Of a stretch of 64,000 bases of DNA, positions 37,792-48,600 are shown in pieces. Origin of the DNA: Candidatus Oxydemutator sp. (GTDB lineage: Bacteria > Pseudomonadota > Gammaproteobacteria > Poriferisulfidales > Oxydemutatoraceae); NCBI GenBank assembly GCA_965203445.1, contig OZ241883.1:864001-928000 (forward strand), written 5' to 3'. Under the pieces are notes generated by a model that was not told where the DNA came from, did not search any database, and worked only from the letters and a program-made list of their open reading frames with translations. The position numbers were made by a program, and so were the translations under genes. Position 1 is the stretch's first letter, and each line of letters starts with the position of its first letter.

Positions 37792-38616
37792 ATGACGCGC
37801 GTGAAACGACTGAAACACGCCTGCGAGCGGGTCGCGCAAACGCGCGCCTTCGACAACGTCGTCATCGGCATGATACTGGCGACCGCGCTCGGTCTCGGCA
37901 TGGACACCGACGCCGCGCTGCACGCGCGTTTCGGCGCGCTCATCGGCTGGGTCTATCAGGCGGCGCTGGCGGTCTTCGTCGTCGAGGCCGCGGTCAAGCT
38001 CACGGCCGTCGCGCCGCGCTTCGAGCGCTATTTCCGCGACGGCTGGAACCTGTTCGATTTCAGCGTGCTCGTGCTGGCGCTGATACCGGCCACCGGCCAG
38101 TTCGCGCTGATCGCGCGGCTTGCGCGGCTGCTGCGGGTGCTGCGCCTGGTAACCGTGGTGCCGCAACTGCGCGTCATCGTCGCAACCCTGATCCGGTCGC
38201 TGCCGGGACTCGGCCACGTGATGCTGCTGCTGCTGGTGCTCTACTACGTGTACGCGGTGGCCGGCGTCCACCTGTTCGGCGACCACGACCCGACACACTG
38301 GCGCTCGCTCGGCATCGCGCTGCTGACGCTGTTTCGCGTGATGACGCTCGAGGACTGGACCGACGTGATGTACGTCGCAATGGAACTGCACCCGATGAGC
38401 TGGCTGTTCTTTGTCAGCTTCGTGCTGATCGCCGCGGTCATCATGATCAACCTCGTGATCGCGGTGGTGATCAACAATCTGCACGACGCGCGCCTCGAGG
38501 CGACGCTGGCGCAAGACGACAAGACCTTGGAAACCATCCGCAAAGACGCGGCCCACGCCCGCGACGCGCTGCAACGCATCGAAGCGCACGTCGAACGCCT
38601 GGACAAAGGGCCGTGA
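37792..38616 (+). CDS. Bacterial voltage-gated cation channel (BacNav-like)
   Basis: WNLFDF, S4 RLARLLRVLRL, filter TLEDWTD, S6 NLVIAVVINNL, C-terminal coiled coil. Confidence 0.9.
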   Translation: MTRVKRLKHACERVAQTRAFDNVVIGMILATALGLGMDTDAALHARFGALIGWVYQAALAVFVVEAAVKLTAVAPRFERYFRDGWNLFDFSVLVLALIPATGQFALIARLARLLRVLRLVTVVPQLRVIVATLIRSLPGLGHVMLLLLVLYYVYAVAGVHLFGDHDPTHWRSLGIALLTLFRVMTLEDWTDVMYVAMELHPMSWLFFVSFVLIAAVIMINLVIAVVINNLHDARLEATLAQDDKTLETIRKDAAHARDALQRIEAHVERLDKGP

Positions 38617-38625
38617 AAAATCAAA

Positions 38626-38646
38626 CCCTCTCCCAAAGGGAGAGGG
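38626..38646. repeat. BoxC-like hairpin
   Basis: CCCTCTCCC-AAA-GGGAGAGGG, same core as the 51.7-52.2 kb array. Confidence 0.6.
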
Positions 38647-38683
38647 AGAATTTTGTCCGGTATACATTGGCCCATACAGGCGG

Positions 38684-38712
38684 TTGACTTTCTGCCAGCA
38701 ATAGCGCATCAT
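38684..38712 (+). promoter_or_regulatory. Putative sigma70 promoter for ncRNA/DUF3800
   Basis: TTGACT-N17-CATCAT; predicted start site just before the RNA structure. Confidence 0.45.
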
Positions 38713-38721
38713 TAGTCATCA

Positions 38722-38786
38722 GCGGTTGGGAGGGCTGTGGACACACGGTTCGTTGAGGCCAGGTGCCTCACCCGGCCGCGTTTTTA
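38722..38786 (+). ncRNA. Three-way-junction structured RNA upstream of DUF3800 gene (DUF3800-motif-like)
   Basis: P1 GCGGTTGGG/CCCGGCCGC, P2 GGGCTGTG/CACGGTTC, P3 TGAGGC/GCCTCA, then a T-tract. Confidence 0.6.
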
Positions 38787-38816
38787 TGTACCGCTTTTAT
38801 GTAACTTTGGACCCGC

Positions 38817-39578
38817 ATGCATTTACTATACCTGGACGGGTCCGGTTCCGTGAAAAATCCGGACGAGCGTTACTTCGTGCTTGCTGGTATTTCCGTGTTC
38901 GAGCGGCAGATCTACCATCTGATTTCTGCAACCGACGCATTCATTACCTCTCTCGATATAGGTGATGCCCACGATATTGAGTTACACGGGAGCATCATGG
39001 CAAACGGGAAGAAAGCCCCGTGGAAGAGTATTGCACGGAAAAGGCGCCTTGACGTCATTGAGCGTAGCTTAGGCCTGCTACGCGACGCTCACTGGGGTAT
39101 AAGAGCCTTCGCCGTGGCCGTGGACAAGCGCGCGGTATCTCCCAATGATCCCGTCACATATGCCTTTGAAGAAATTTGTAACCGTTTCAATTGGTTTCTC
39201 TCGCGGTTGTGGAGAAGCAAAAAAGAAAAGCAGCGCGGCCTCGTCATAATGGACAACTCACATTATGAAGAGACTTTGCAGGGATTAGCCCGTCGTTTCC
39301 GCGAGCGAGGCACACAGTGGGGAAAACTCCACAATCTTGCCGAAGTTCCTTTGTTCGTTGACTCTGCCGCCTCGCGTCTGATCCAGCTAGCCGACCTGCT
39401 GGCTTGGGCGGTTTTGAGGCGCTACGAGCGTAGCGACACGCGCTACTTCGATCAGGTTGTTCGTCGCTTTGATCGAGAGGGCGGAGTGTTGCACGGCTTG
39501 GTACATCGCAAGAGTCCGAATGATGCTTGCCATTGTCCGGCGTGCATGTCCCGCTCATATCGAGGCAATAACCAGTAA
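38817..39578 (+). CDS. DUF3800 family protein
   Basis: LYLDGSG, ELHGS, GLVIMD, FVDS...IQLADLLAW; C-terminal CHCPAC. Confidence 0.8.
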   Translation: MHLLYLDGSGSVKNPDERYFVLAGISVFERQIYHLISATDAFITSLDIGDAHDIELHGSIMANGKKAPWKSIARKRRLDVIERSLGLLRDAHWGIRAFAVAVDKRAVSPNDPVTYAFEEICNRFNWFLSRLWRSKKEKQRGLVIMDNSHYEETLQGLARRFRERGTQWGKLHNLAEVPLFVDSAASRLIQLADLLAWAVLRRYERSDTRYFDQVVRRFDREGGVLHGLVHRKSPNDACHCPACMSRSYRGNNQ

Positions 39579-39682
39579 ATCGGGTTCGCCTTTTCGCACT
39601 ATTCATGGCGCATGGCGGCCGCCGGAAAATGTTATCAGCATAAGGGATAGGTGAGATAGTGTTGTAATATCCGTATGAGATT

Positions 39683-42600
39683 ATGAGCACGCCATCATTC
39701 TTTGAGCGCCCGATTCTGAACTCGCCTTACGAATATCCGCGCAGGCATTGGGAGCTTGACGACGCCGGCCAGCCCACGCAAGAGATCATCGAGAGGCGCC
39801 GGAGCGCCGACTTCATCACGCCGATACCGAAATCGAAGAAGAGAAAATCCGAGCGCAAAACAGACGAACTGGTATTCGACGAAGGCGCGGGGCTTTCCGA
39901 CGAGAAGCAGCAATACCATACGAAGATCATCAACGGCGTCCGCCAGCAGGTGGATCGCTGGCGCGAACTGCCCGCTTCTCAGTGGCGCGTCACGGCGGAT
40001 ACCGCGCTCCTGTTGCGGCACTGGCGCCATCACAAGTTCGGCGCCATCCGCCCGTTTTTCTGCCAGGTCGAGGCCGTCGAGACCGCCATCTGGCTGACCG
40101 AGGTCGCGCCGCATACAGGCAACGTCGGCAAACCCTTTCTCGAGCACCTTGCCAACGCCAGCCGCGACGCCAACCCGGAACTATTACGGATCGCGCTCAA
40201 ACTGGCGACCGGCGCGGGCAAGACCACGGTCATGGCGATGCTCATCGCGTGGCAGACCATCAACGCCGTACGCCATCCGCAGAGCAAAAAGTTCACGCGC
40301 GGGTTTTTAGTGGTGACACCGGGCTTGACGATCCGCGACCGCCTGCGCGTGCTACAGCCGAACGACCTCCACAGTTACTACCGCAGCCGCGAGCTGGTTC
40401 CCGCCGACATGATGGGCGAGCTTGACCGCGCCGAAATAGTCATCACCAATTTCCACGCCTTCAAGCAGCGCGAGCGCCTCGAAGTCAGCACGGGCGGGCG
40501 CAGGCTGCTGCAAGGCCGCGGCCGCGCGCCGCTGAACACGCTGGAGACCGAGGGCCAGATGCTGCGACGGATCATGCCGCAACTGATGAACATGAAGAAC
40601 GTGCTCGTGCTCAACGACGAGGCCCACCACTGCTACCGCGAGAAATCGGGCGAGTCCGAAGAAGAGAAACGCACCGGAGACGAACGCAAAGAGGCAAAGA
40701 AAAACCAGGAGGCGGCGCGCCTGTGGATCTCCGGGCTGGAGGCGGTCAAGCGGAAGATCGGCATCGAGCGTGTGTTCGACCTTTCCGCGACCCCGTTTTT
40801 CCTGAGCGGTTCCGGCTATGCGGAAGGCACCCTGTTTCCGTGGACGATGAGCGACTTCTCGCTGATGGACGCGATTGAGTGCGGCATCGTCAAACTGCCG
40901 CGCGTTCCGGTGGTCGACAATCTGCCGCAAGGCCAGGAGATGCCGATGTTCCGCAATCTGTGGGAACACGTCGGCAGGAAAATGCCGAAGAGGGGCCGCA
41001 GCCGGGAAAAGGCGTTGAACCCGGACGACCTGCCGCCGCCGCTGCTCGTCGCGCTGGAGGCGCTGTATGGCCACTACAAGACCACCTTTGATCTCTGGCC
41101 GCGGTCGGAGAACGATGCGCCTCCCTGTTTCATCATCGTGTGCAACAACACGGCGACGTCGAAGCTGATATACGACTATATCGCCGGGTATTGCCGGCAG
41201 AACGAAGACGGCACCGAAATTTTCAGGCCAGGCCGCCTGGAGTTGTTCCGCAACTACGACGAGAACGGAACCCGGTATCCGCGCCCGCGCACGCTGCTGA
41301 TTGACAGCGAGCAGCTGGAATCGGGAGACGCGCTGAGCGCCGACTTCCGCGAGGCGGCGGCGGCTGAGATCGAACAATTCCGGAGTGAAATCATCACGCG
41401 CACCGGCGACAGGCACAAGGCCGAGAACATCAGCAACGAGGATCTGCTGCGCGAGGTCATGAATACCGTCGGCAAGCCGGGGCGCCTGGGCGGCGACGTT
41501 CGCTGCGTCGTTTCCGTCGCGATGCTCACCGAAGGCTGGGACGCGAATACCGTCACCCACGTGCTGGGAGTTCGCGCCTTCGGCACCCAGCTGCTGTGCG
41601 AACAGGTCATAGGCCGCGCCCTGCGCCGCCGCTCTTATGTGCCGAACGAAGACGGGCTGTTCGACGTGGAATACGCCGACGTGTTCGGCATTCCCTTCGA
41701 CTTCACGGCCAAACCCGTCGTGGTAAAGCCGCTGCCGCCGCCGGAAACCATCCAGGTCAAGGCCGTCCGCCCCGAGCGCGACGCGCTGGAAATCCGTTTT
41801 CCGAGGGTCACCGGCTACCGCGTCGAACTCCCCGAGGATCGCCTGACCGCCGAGTTCAACGACGACTCGACGTACGTGCTGACAACCGAAGAGGTGGGCC
41901 CCACGCAGACGCGAAACGAAGGAATCATAGGCGAGGCTGTCGAACTCAACCTTGTCCATACCGGCGCCGTTCGCCAGTCGCAGGTGTTGTATGCGCTTAC
42001 CCACCAGTTGCTGAAAGAATGGCGCGACAAAAACGGAATGCCGGAGATTCACCTGTTCGGCCAGCTAAAACGCATCACGCGCCAATGGCTGGATAACCAT
42101 CTGGTATGCAAGGGAGGGACGCGCCCGGCCCAGCTGATGTACAAGCCAATCGCGGCCAGGGCTTGCGAGCGCATCATGACCGCAATCAACAGAGCGGAGA
42201 CCGAGAAAGGCAATAAGCCATACGCGATTCTCGACCCCTACAACCCGACCGGTTCGACGGCGCACGTGAACTTCACCACCTCGAAGCAGGACTGCTACAA
42301 GACCGACGCCCAGCGTTGCCACGTCAACTGGGTGATACTCGACAGCGACTGGGAGGCGGAGTTCTGCCGCGTCGCCGAGGCGCATCCGCGCGTGAAGGCG
42401 TACGTGAAAAATCACAATCTGGGGCTGGAAGTGCCGTACCGCGACGGCTCGCAAATGCGCACCTATATCCCGGATTTCATCGTTCTGGTGGACGACGGGC
42501 GCGGCGACGACGACCCGCTGCACCTTGTCGTCGAGATCAAAGGCTACCGGGGAGAGAACGCCAAAGACAAAAAGAACACGATGGAAACCTATTGGGTGGA

Positions 42601-42742
42601 CGGCGTCAACAATCTCGGCAGCCACGGCCGCTGGGATTTTGCCGAGTTCACCGACGTGTATGAAATACAGTCCGACTTTGCAAGCAAGGTAGAGGAGAAA
42701 TTCAACTTACGTTATAAAAACCCGCGCAGGGGGCGGAGCTGA
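39683..42742 (+). CDS. Type III-like restriction helicase-endonuclease (BPTD_3080-type Res)
   Basis: PILNSPY start, ATGAGKT, DEAHH, SATP, MLTEGWD, C-terminal YIPDF...EIKG. Confidence 0.9.
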   Translation: MSTPSFFERPILNSPYEYPRRHWELDDAGQPTQEIIERRRSADFITPIPKSKKRKSERKTDELVFDEGAGLSDEKQQYHTKIINGVRQQVDRWRELPASQWRVTADTALLLRHWRHHKFGAIRPFFCQVEAVETAIWLTEVAPHTGNVGKPFLEHLANASRDANPELLRIALKLATGAGKTTVMAMLIAWQTINAVRHPQSKKFTRGFLVVTPGLTIRDRLRVLQPNDLHSYYRSRELVPADMMGELDRAEIVITNFHAFKQRERLEVSTGGRRLLQGRGRAPLNTLETEGQMLRRIMPQLMNMKNVLVLNDEAHHCYREKSGESEEEKRTGDERKEAKKNQEAARLWISGLEAVKRKIGIERVFDLSATPFFLSGSGYAEGTLFPWTMSDFSLMDAIECGIVKLPRVPVVDNLPQGQEMPMFRNLWEHVGRKMPKRGRSREKALNPDDLPPPLLVALEALYGHYKTTFDLWPRSENDAPPCFIIVCNNTATSKLIYDYIAGYCRQNEDGTEIFRPGRLELFRNYDENGTRYPRPRTLLIDSEQLESGDALSADFREAAAAEIEQFRSEIITRTGDRHKAENISNEDLLREVMNTVGKPGRLGGDVRCVVSVAMLTEGWDANTVTHVLGVRAFGTQLLCEQVIGRALRRRSYVPNEDGLFDVEYADVFGIPFDFTAKPVVVKPLPPPETIQVKAVRPERDALEIRFPRVTGYRVELPEDRLTAEFNDDSTYVLTTEEVGPTQTRNEGIIGEAVELNLVHTGAVRQSQVLYALTHQLLKEWRDKNGMPEIHLFGQLKRITRQWLDNHLVCKGGTRPAQLMYKPIAARACERIMTAINRAETEKGNKPYAILDPYNPTGSTAHVNFTTSKQDCYKTDAQRCHVNWVILDSDWEAEFCRVAEAHPRVKAYVKNHNLGLEVPYRDGSQMRTYIPDFIVLVDDGRGDDDPLHLVVEIKGYRGENAKDKKNTMETYWVDGVNNLGSHGRWDFAEFTDVYEIQSDFASKVEEKFNLRYKNPRRGRS

Positions 42743-42744
42743 CA

Positions 42745-45609
42745 ATGGCGAAGAGAGCGAAGAAGGCAAAGAAGAAAAGCATCAAAACGCTGGCCCACAA
42801 AGAGGCAAAGCGTTCGAACATTCCGACGGCCGAGCATCAGTCGGTGATGACAGGCGAGGAGCAGAATCCGGTTCCGGTAACGTATAAGCGCAACCGCGAC
42901 CTCGATCCGCAGCTCGTCTGGCGCGGTAAGGACGAGCAGGACTGGTCGGATCTGGTGGTGCCGGCGCCGCCGCTGTACATTCAGGAGAAGGTTCATCCGA
43001 AGGTGCTGATTGACGATCTTGCGCGTCGCAGCCGCGAGCTGGAAGCGGAGGCCGGGGCGGGGGCCGCCGGCACCACGGAGGATCAGACCGATCTGTTCGC
43101 CGACTTCAACGGCCTGCCGGACGACGGCGCCCGCACCGAGTTCTACCGCCACGACGCCAACTGGTCGAACCGGATGATCCTGGGCGACTGCCTGCAAGCG
43201 ATGACGTCGCTGGCGGAACGCGAGGGACTGCGCGGCAAAGTGCAGTGCATCTACATTGATCCGCCCTATGGCATCAAGTTCAACTCGAACTTCCAGTGGT
43301 CCACCACCAGCCGCAACGTGACGGACGGCCAGACCGATCACATCACGCGGGAACCGGAGCAGGTGAAGGCGTTTCGGGATACCTGGCGGGACGAGATACA
43401 TTCGTATCTGACGTATCTGCGCGACCGGTTGACAGTGGCGCGGGATCTGTTGACCGAGAGCGGATCGGTGTTCGTGCAGATCGGGGATGAGAACGTGCAC
43501 CGGGTAAGGGCGGTGATGGATGAGGTTTTTGGGGACAGCAATTTCGTCAGTGAGATAGTTTTCACAAAGACACGCTCGTTGGTTTCCTCAGATTTTGTGA
43601 CAACAATATGCGACTATATTCTTTGGTACGCGAAGAACAAAGATTCCGCAAAAGGAAAGATGCGAAAGATATTTCTGCAAAGGCAAGACAATTATTTAGC
43701 TTCACATTTTGAAAATCCTGCTGGGGAAATTTTGACCACTCGTGAGCATAGACTGAGACAACAAAACGGCGAGTCTGTTGACGAGTATAAACCGTTTAAA
43801 TCGGATGATTTAATTCGCCGCCCGAACCCTGAAGTCAGCTTTAATTGGCAAGGCAGGGAAATTACAGGGCGATTCCGGACGAACGAGTTAGGAATCACCA
43901 GAGCCTTACAAGCCAACAGAATTTTGTTCACCAAATCAGGGATTCGCTACAAATTTTTCCTTGATGACTTTGCCGTATCACCCCTCAATCATCTGTGGCA
44001 GGATGTAATCGGCGCACAAAATCCGACCTATGTAGTACAGACAAACAATACGGTCATCCAACGCTGCATCCTCATGACCACCGACCCCGGCGACCTCGTC
44101 CTCGACCCCACCTGCGGTTCCGGCACCACCGCCTATGTCGCCGAGCAATGGGGCCGACGCTGGATCACCATGGACACCTCCCGCGTCGCCCTCGCGCTGG
44201 CCCGCGCCCGCATCATGGGCGCCCGCTATCCCTACTACCTGCTGGCCGACAGCCGCGAAGGGCAACGCAAAGAAGCCGAACTCGCCCGCAAAGCGCCGTC
44301 GGAAATGCCGACTTACGGCGACATCCGCCAAGGCTTCGTCTACAAGCGCGTCCCCCATATCACCCTCAAAGCCATCGCCAACAACGCCGAGATTGACGTT
44401 ATCCACGACAAGTTTCAGGAAACCCTCGAGCGCTTGCGAACCGACCTCAATGCCGCCGCCGGAACCGACTGGCAGGAATGGCAGGTGCCGCGCGAAGAAC
44501 AGGAATCGTGGTCGCAGGAGACGCGCGAACTTCACGCCGAATGGTGGAAAACCCGGATCGAACGGCAACGGGAGATGGACGCCTCCATCGCCGCCCACGC
44601 CGACTACGAATACCTCTACGACAAACCATACGAGGACAAAAGCGTGGTGCGCGTGGCCGGCCCGTTCACGGTCGAGAGCCTGTCCCCCCACCGCGTCCTG
44701 GCCGTAGATGAAAACGACGAACCGATAATGAGAGTAGCCGATTCTCATCCCGACTACGGCGCCGACAACTTCGTCAGGATGATTTTCGAGAACTTGAAAA
44801 CCGCGGGCGTGCAGCAGGCGGACAAGAAAGGCAGGATCAAGTTCACGTCGCTCACGCCCTGGCCCGGACACTGGGTCTGCGCCGAGGGGCGCTATATCGA
44901 AGGGGACGCCGAGGGTGCCGATGGCGCCGCCGCCACTGAAAAACGCGCCGCGATTTTCATCGGCCCGGAGTTCGGCACCGTCTCGCGCCCCGATCTGGTC
45001 GCGGCCGTAAAAGAGGCCGCCGACGCCGGTTTCGACGTGCTCATCGCCTGCGCCTTCAACTACGACGCCCACTCCTCGGAGTTCAACAAGCTCAGGAAGA
45101 TCCAGGTGCTCAAGGCACGCATGAACGCCGACCTGCACATGGCCGAAGACCTGAAAAACACCGGCGAAGGCAACCTGTTCATCATCTTCGGCGAACCGGA
45201 TATAGAGATCCTCAGACCGGGTGACAAAGACGCAACGGGCGACGAGACGGACGACGGAGCAGGCGACACGATGGGCGACAACGAGATTCGAGTCCGAGTG
45301 CGCGGCGTGGACGTGTTCCACCCACAACAAGGAAAAGTGCAATCCGACGGCCCCGAAGGCATCGCCTGCTGGTTCATAGACACCGACTACAACGAAGAAA
45401 GTTTCTTCGTCCGCCAAGCCTACTTCCTCGGCGCCAACGACCCCTACAAAAAACTGAAAACAACACTCAAAGCCGAAATAAACCAGGAAGCCTGGGCCAC
45501 CCTGAACCGCAACACATCCCGCCCCTTCCCCAAACCCCAATCCGGCCGAATAGCCGTAAAAGTAATCAACCACCTCGGCGACGAAGTCATGAAGGTATAC
45601 CGGGTATAA
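42745..45609 (+). CDS. Type III-like DNA methyltransferase (Mod, beta class)
   Basis: IDPPY, DPTCGSGTT; AT-rich central TRD (~43540-44050); C-terminal RIAVKVINHLGDEV. Confidence 0.9.
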   Translation: MAKRAKKAKKKSIKTLAHKEAKRSNIPTAEHQSVMTGEEQNPVPVTYKRNRDLDPQLVWRGKDEQDWSDLVVPAPPLYIQEKVHPKVLIDDLARRSRELEAEAGAGAAGTTEDQTDLFADFNGLPDDGARTEFYRHDANWSNRMILGDCLQAMTSLAEREGLRGKVQCIYIDPPYGIKFNSNFQWSTTSRNVTDGQTDHITREPEQVKAFRDTWRDEIHSYLTYLRDRLTVARDLLTESGSVFVQIGDENVHRVRAVMDEVFGDSNFVSEIVFTKTRSLVSSDFVTTICDYILWYAKNKDSAKGKMRKIFLQRQDNYLASHFENPAGEILTTREHRLRQQNGESVDEYKPFKSDDLIRRPNPEVSFNWQGREITGRFRTNELGITRALQANRILFTKSGIRYKFFLDDFAVSPLNHLWQDVIGAQNPTYVVQTNNTVIQRCILMTTDPGDLVLDPTCGSGTTAYVAEQWGRRWITMDTSRVALALARARIMGARYPYYLLADSREGQRKEAELARKAPSEMPTYGDIRQGFVYKRVPHITLKAIANNAEIDVIHDKFQETLERLRTDLNAAAGTDWQEWQVPREEQESWSQETRELHAEWWKTRIERQREMDASIAAHADYEYLYDKPYEDKSVVRVAGPFTVESLSPHRVLAVDENDEPIMRVADSHPDYGADNFVRMIFENLKTAGVQQADKKGRIKFTSLTPWPGHWVCAEGRYIEGDAEGADGAAATEKRAAIFIGPEFGTVSRPDLVAAVKEAADAGFDVLIACAFNYDAHSSEFNKLRKIQVLKARMNADLHMAEDLKNTGEGNLFIIFGEPDIEILRPGDKDATGDETDDGAGDTMGDNEIRVRVRGVDVFHPQQGKVQSDGPEGIACWFIDTDYNEESFFVRQAYFLGANDPYKKLKTTLKAEINQEAWATLNRNTSRPFPKPQSGRIAVKVINHLGDEVMKVYRV

Positions 45610-45614
45610 ACCAA

Positions 45615-48600
45615 ATGCAATTCATAAAAAACGGCCCCAACGTCCCCGACCGCCTCCTACACCTGCACGAGAAAGGTAGCGTCGTGTTCTTCTGCGGCGC
45701 GGGCATCTCCCACCCGGCGGGGCTGCGTGGTTTTAAGAGTCTGGTCGAGGAAGTTTTCGAGCGATTTCCCGAATACCCCGATGCAGAGCAGGATGCTGCG
45801 ATGAAAGCACGTCGGTTCGATGAAGCGATCTGGTTGTTGGAAAATGAAGTCGTCGGAGGCAAGAAAAGAGTGCGCCAAATTTTGGCAGAAATCCTTACCC
45901 TCTCATCCAACGAATCAAATGCCACTGCCACTCATGAGGCGCTTTTACGCCTTGGCACAAACCGGGATGGTCGCGTTCGCTTGGTCACAACAAATTTTGA
46001 CCGTCTGTTTAAAAAGACTATTGCTGAAAAATCTTTGGACGTCAAACCTTTCCGGGCCCCTTTATTGCCTGTACTGAAGAGCGGCTGGAACGGTCTTGTT
46101 TATCTTCATGGGCTATTGCCAGAGGAACCAACGTCTGAGAAGTCAACCACCGAAGAACTCTATAACCTTGTAGTTTCGAGCGCTGATTTTGGGCGTGCAT
46201 ACCTGACGGGAGGGTGGGCGGAACGCTTCATCAGCGAGTTACTTCACAACTACACCATATGCTTCATCGGTTACAGCCTCAATGATCCGATGATGCGTTA
46301 TATAGTGAACGCATGGGCAGAGGATAGATTGTCGGGCGAATCGGATAAAGAAATTTTTGCATTTGTAGATTATGCCAAAGGTAAAAAATCAACACGGGAG
46401 AGTGAATGGAAAGCGAGGCAGGTGACTCCCATTCTTTATCGAAGATATAACAAACATTTTTATCTTCATAGGACGCTGAAAAAATGGGCGGATATTTATC
46501 AAGACAGTAACGGCAAGGAGAATATTGTTTTGGACTATGCGAAGAAAAATCCCTCTCTGAGCACCAGCAAGGATGATTTCGTTGGTCGCATATTGTGGGC
46601 GCTCAGCGATCCAGGCGGGCTGCCGGCAAAATGTTTTGCCGAACGTGAACGAGTGCCGTCTCTCGATTGGCTGGATGTGCTTTGTGACAATCGTTATGGC
46701 ATGGAGGATCTGGATCGTTTCGGCATAGCGCGTTCCCCCGTGCATGACGCTCAACGCGATCCATTACAGTTCAGTCTCCTGCGAAGGCCTGTTTCTTCTT
46801 GCGATCGTGGGCCTCGAATGGCGCTGGTCGGTGCCAGTGCAGATAGTGTCATATTAGATGACGTCATGCGTCGGCTGGGCGATTGGCTTACACGTCATCT
46901 GAACAACCCGGAGTTGTTGCTCTGGGTGGCCAATCACGGCGGGTGTCTGCATAGCGAGTTTGCCGAAGCAGTGGCAAGGCGATTGGATGAGATTGCCGAA
47001 TTGGAACGTAACGGCAAACAAGATGAGATAGAGCGTACCCGAACCCATGCACCTGACGCAATTCCATCACCGGGAATGCGCACTTACTGGCGGTTGGCCG
47101 TCACTGGACACTTGTCCCGGCAGGATCTTTTCCTGGATTTTTACTTCTGGCGTGATCAGTTTCAGCGCGATGGACTGACTCCCTCTATTCGTATCCGGTT
47201 GTGTGAGATGTTGAGGCCGCGAATTTCCTTAGGGAGAGTAATGACATTATCCGAATCCGATGATGGCTGGCTTGTTCCTGCTCCCGTTCAGGATGAAGAG
47301 GAACCCGCACACTGTATCTGCCCGGAGATAGTGCTTTCGGCCTCTTATGGACGGCATGGTGTTATACGGCATGGTGTTATACGGCATGGCATTCGTCGAA
47401 TGTCCGAAGGGAATCAGCGATGGGGGAAAGCCTTGCCTGACCTCATGGAAGCCATGAACATGTTGCTGCGAGAGACGTTGGATCTAATGTGTGAGCTTGA
47501 AAAAGCCGATGACAAAAGCGACCGGACATATATTCAGATGCCGTCAATCAGCGACCATCCGCAGAACAAACACTACAACGAATGGACAATATTGATCACA
47601 TTGTGCAGGGATGCCTGGTTGGCAATGGCAGAGAACAATCCAGATGACGCCCGGTTGGTTGCCGAGCGTTGGTGGCGCGAACCTTATCCGATATTCAAGC
47701 GGCTTGCGCTGTTTGCAGCTGCACAGGACGACGTCATACCTGTTGAGCTGGCACTGGACTGGCTGACCGCTGAGAAGGATGGTTGGTGGTTATGGTCACC
47801 GGAGACAAAGCGCGAAGCGATAAGGCTGCTCGATGCGCTGGCAAGCAGACTGGAAGGATCGAACCTCGCAAAAATAGAGCAGGCTATTTTGCAGGGGCCG
47901 CCACGCGACATGCACGAGGAGGCCACTCAAGAAGAACATTGGAATGATATTGTGGGCCGTAGTATCTGGCTGCGGCTTGCCAAGTTGGAGCGGGCAGGAG
48001 CAGTTCTACATGAAGAGACGCAGACGAGACTCAAGGAGTTGGCTAAGCAAGGTCATGATTGTAGTTTTGAACCAGATCAAAGAGAGGAGTTTCCTATCTG
48101 GATTGAAGCCAGAGAACGGAGCCTGCCCATCCCTCAAGTTGCGCCCCGCCGTCGTCGTGAACTTGTCCAGTGGCTTAGGGAGGATCACAAGTTTGATTTT
48201 GTTGTACGAAAGGATGATTGGAAGTGGCGCTGTCAAAAGAATTTTCCCACTGCGGCTTGTGCGTTATGTGCGCTCGCCAAAGAAGATGTATGGCCGCCTG
48301 ATTGCTGGCGGGCAGCACTTTTTATATGGTCGCAAGAAAGCCCGGATGGTCTGACAAAGAGATCATGGCGTTATCTGGCACCGGTATTGGCTGAGGCACC
48401 GGATGATCTGGTGCAATCGGTTGATCGCCAAATCAGCAGGTGGTTGGAGTCCGTCGCCGCAGTTTTTGACGAGCACGAGGAACTGTTCACCAAGCTATGC
48501 GCCCGTGTTTTGGAATTGAGCAGGCAACAGGGAAACGGCGATGACGAGACTGATGGTGTCAGTAATTTAACTTCGAAAGCGATCAACCACCCCGTCGGCA

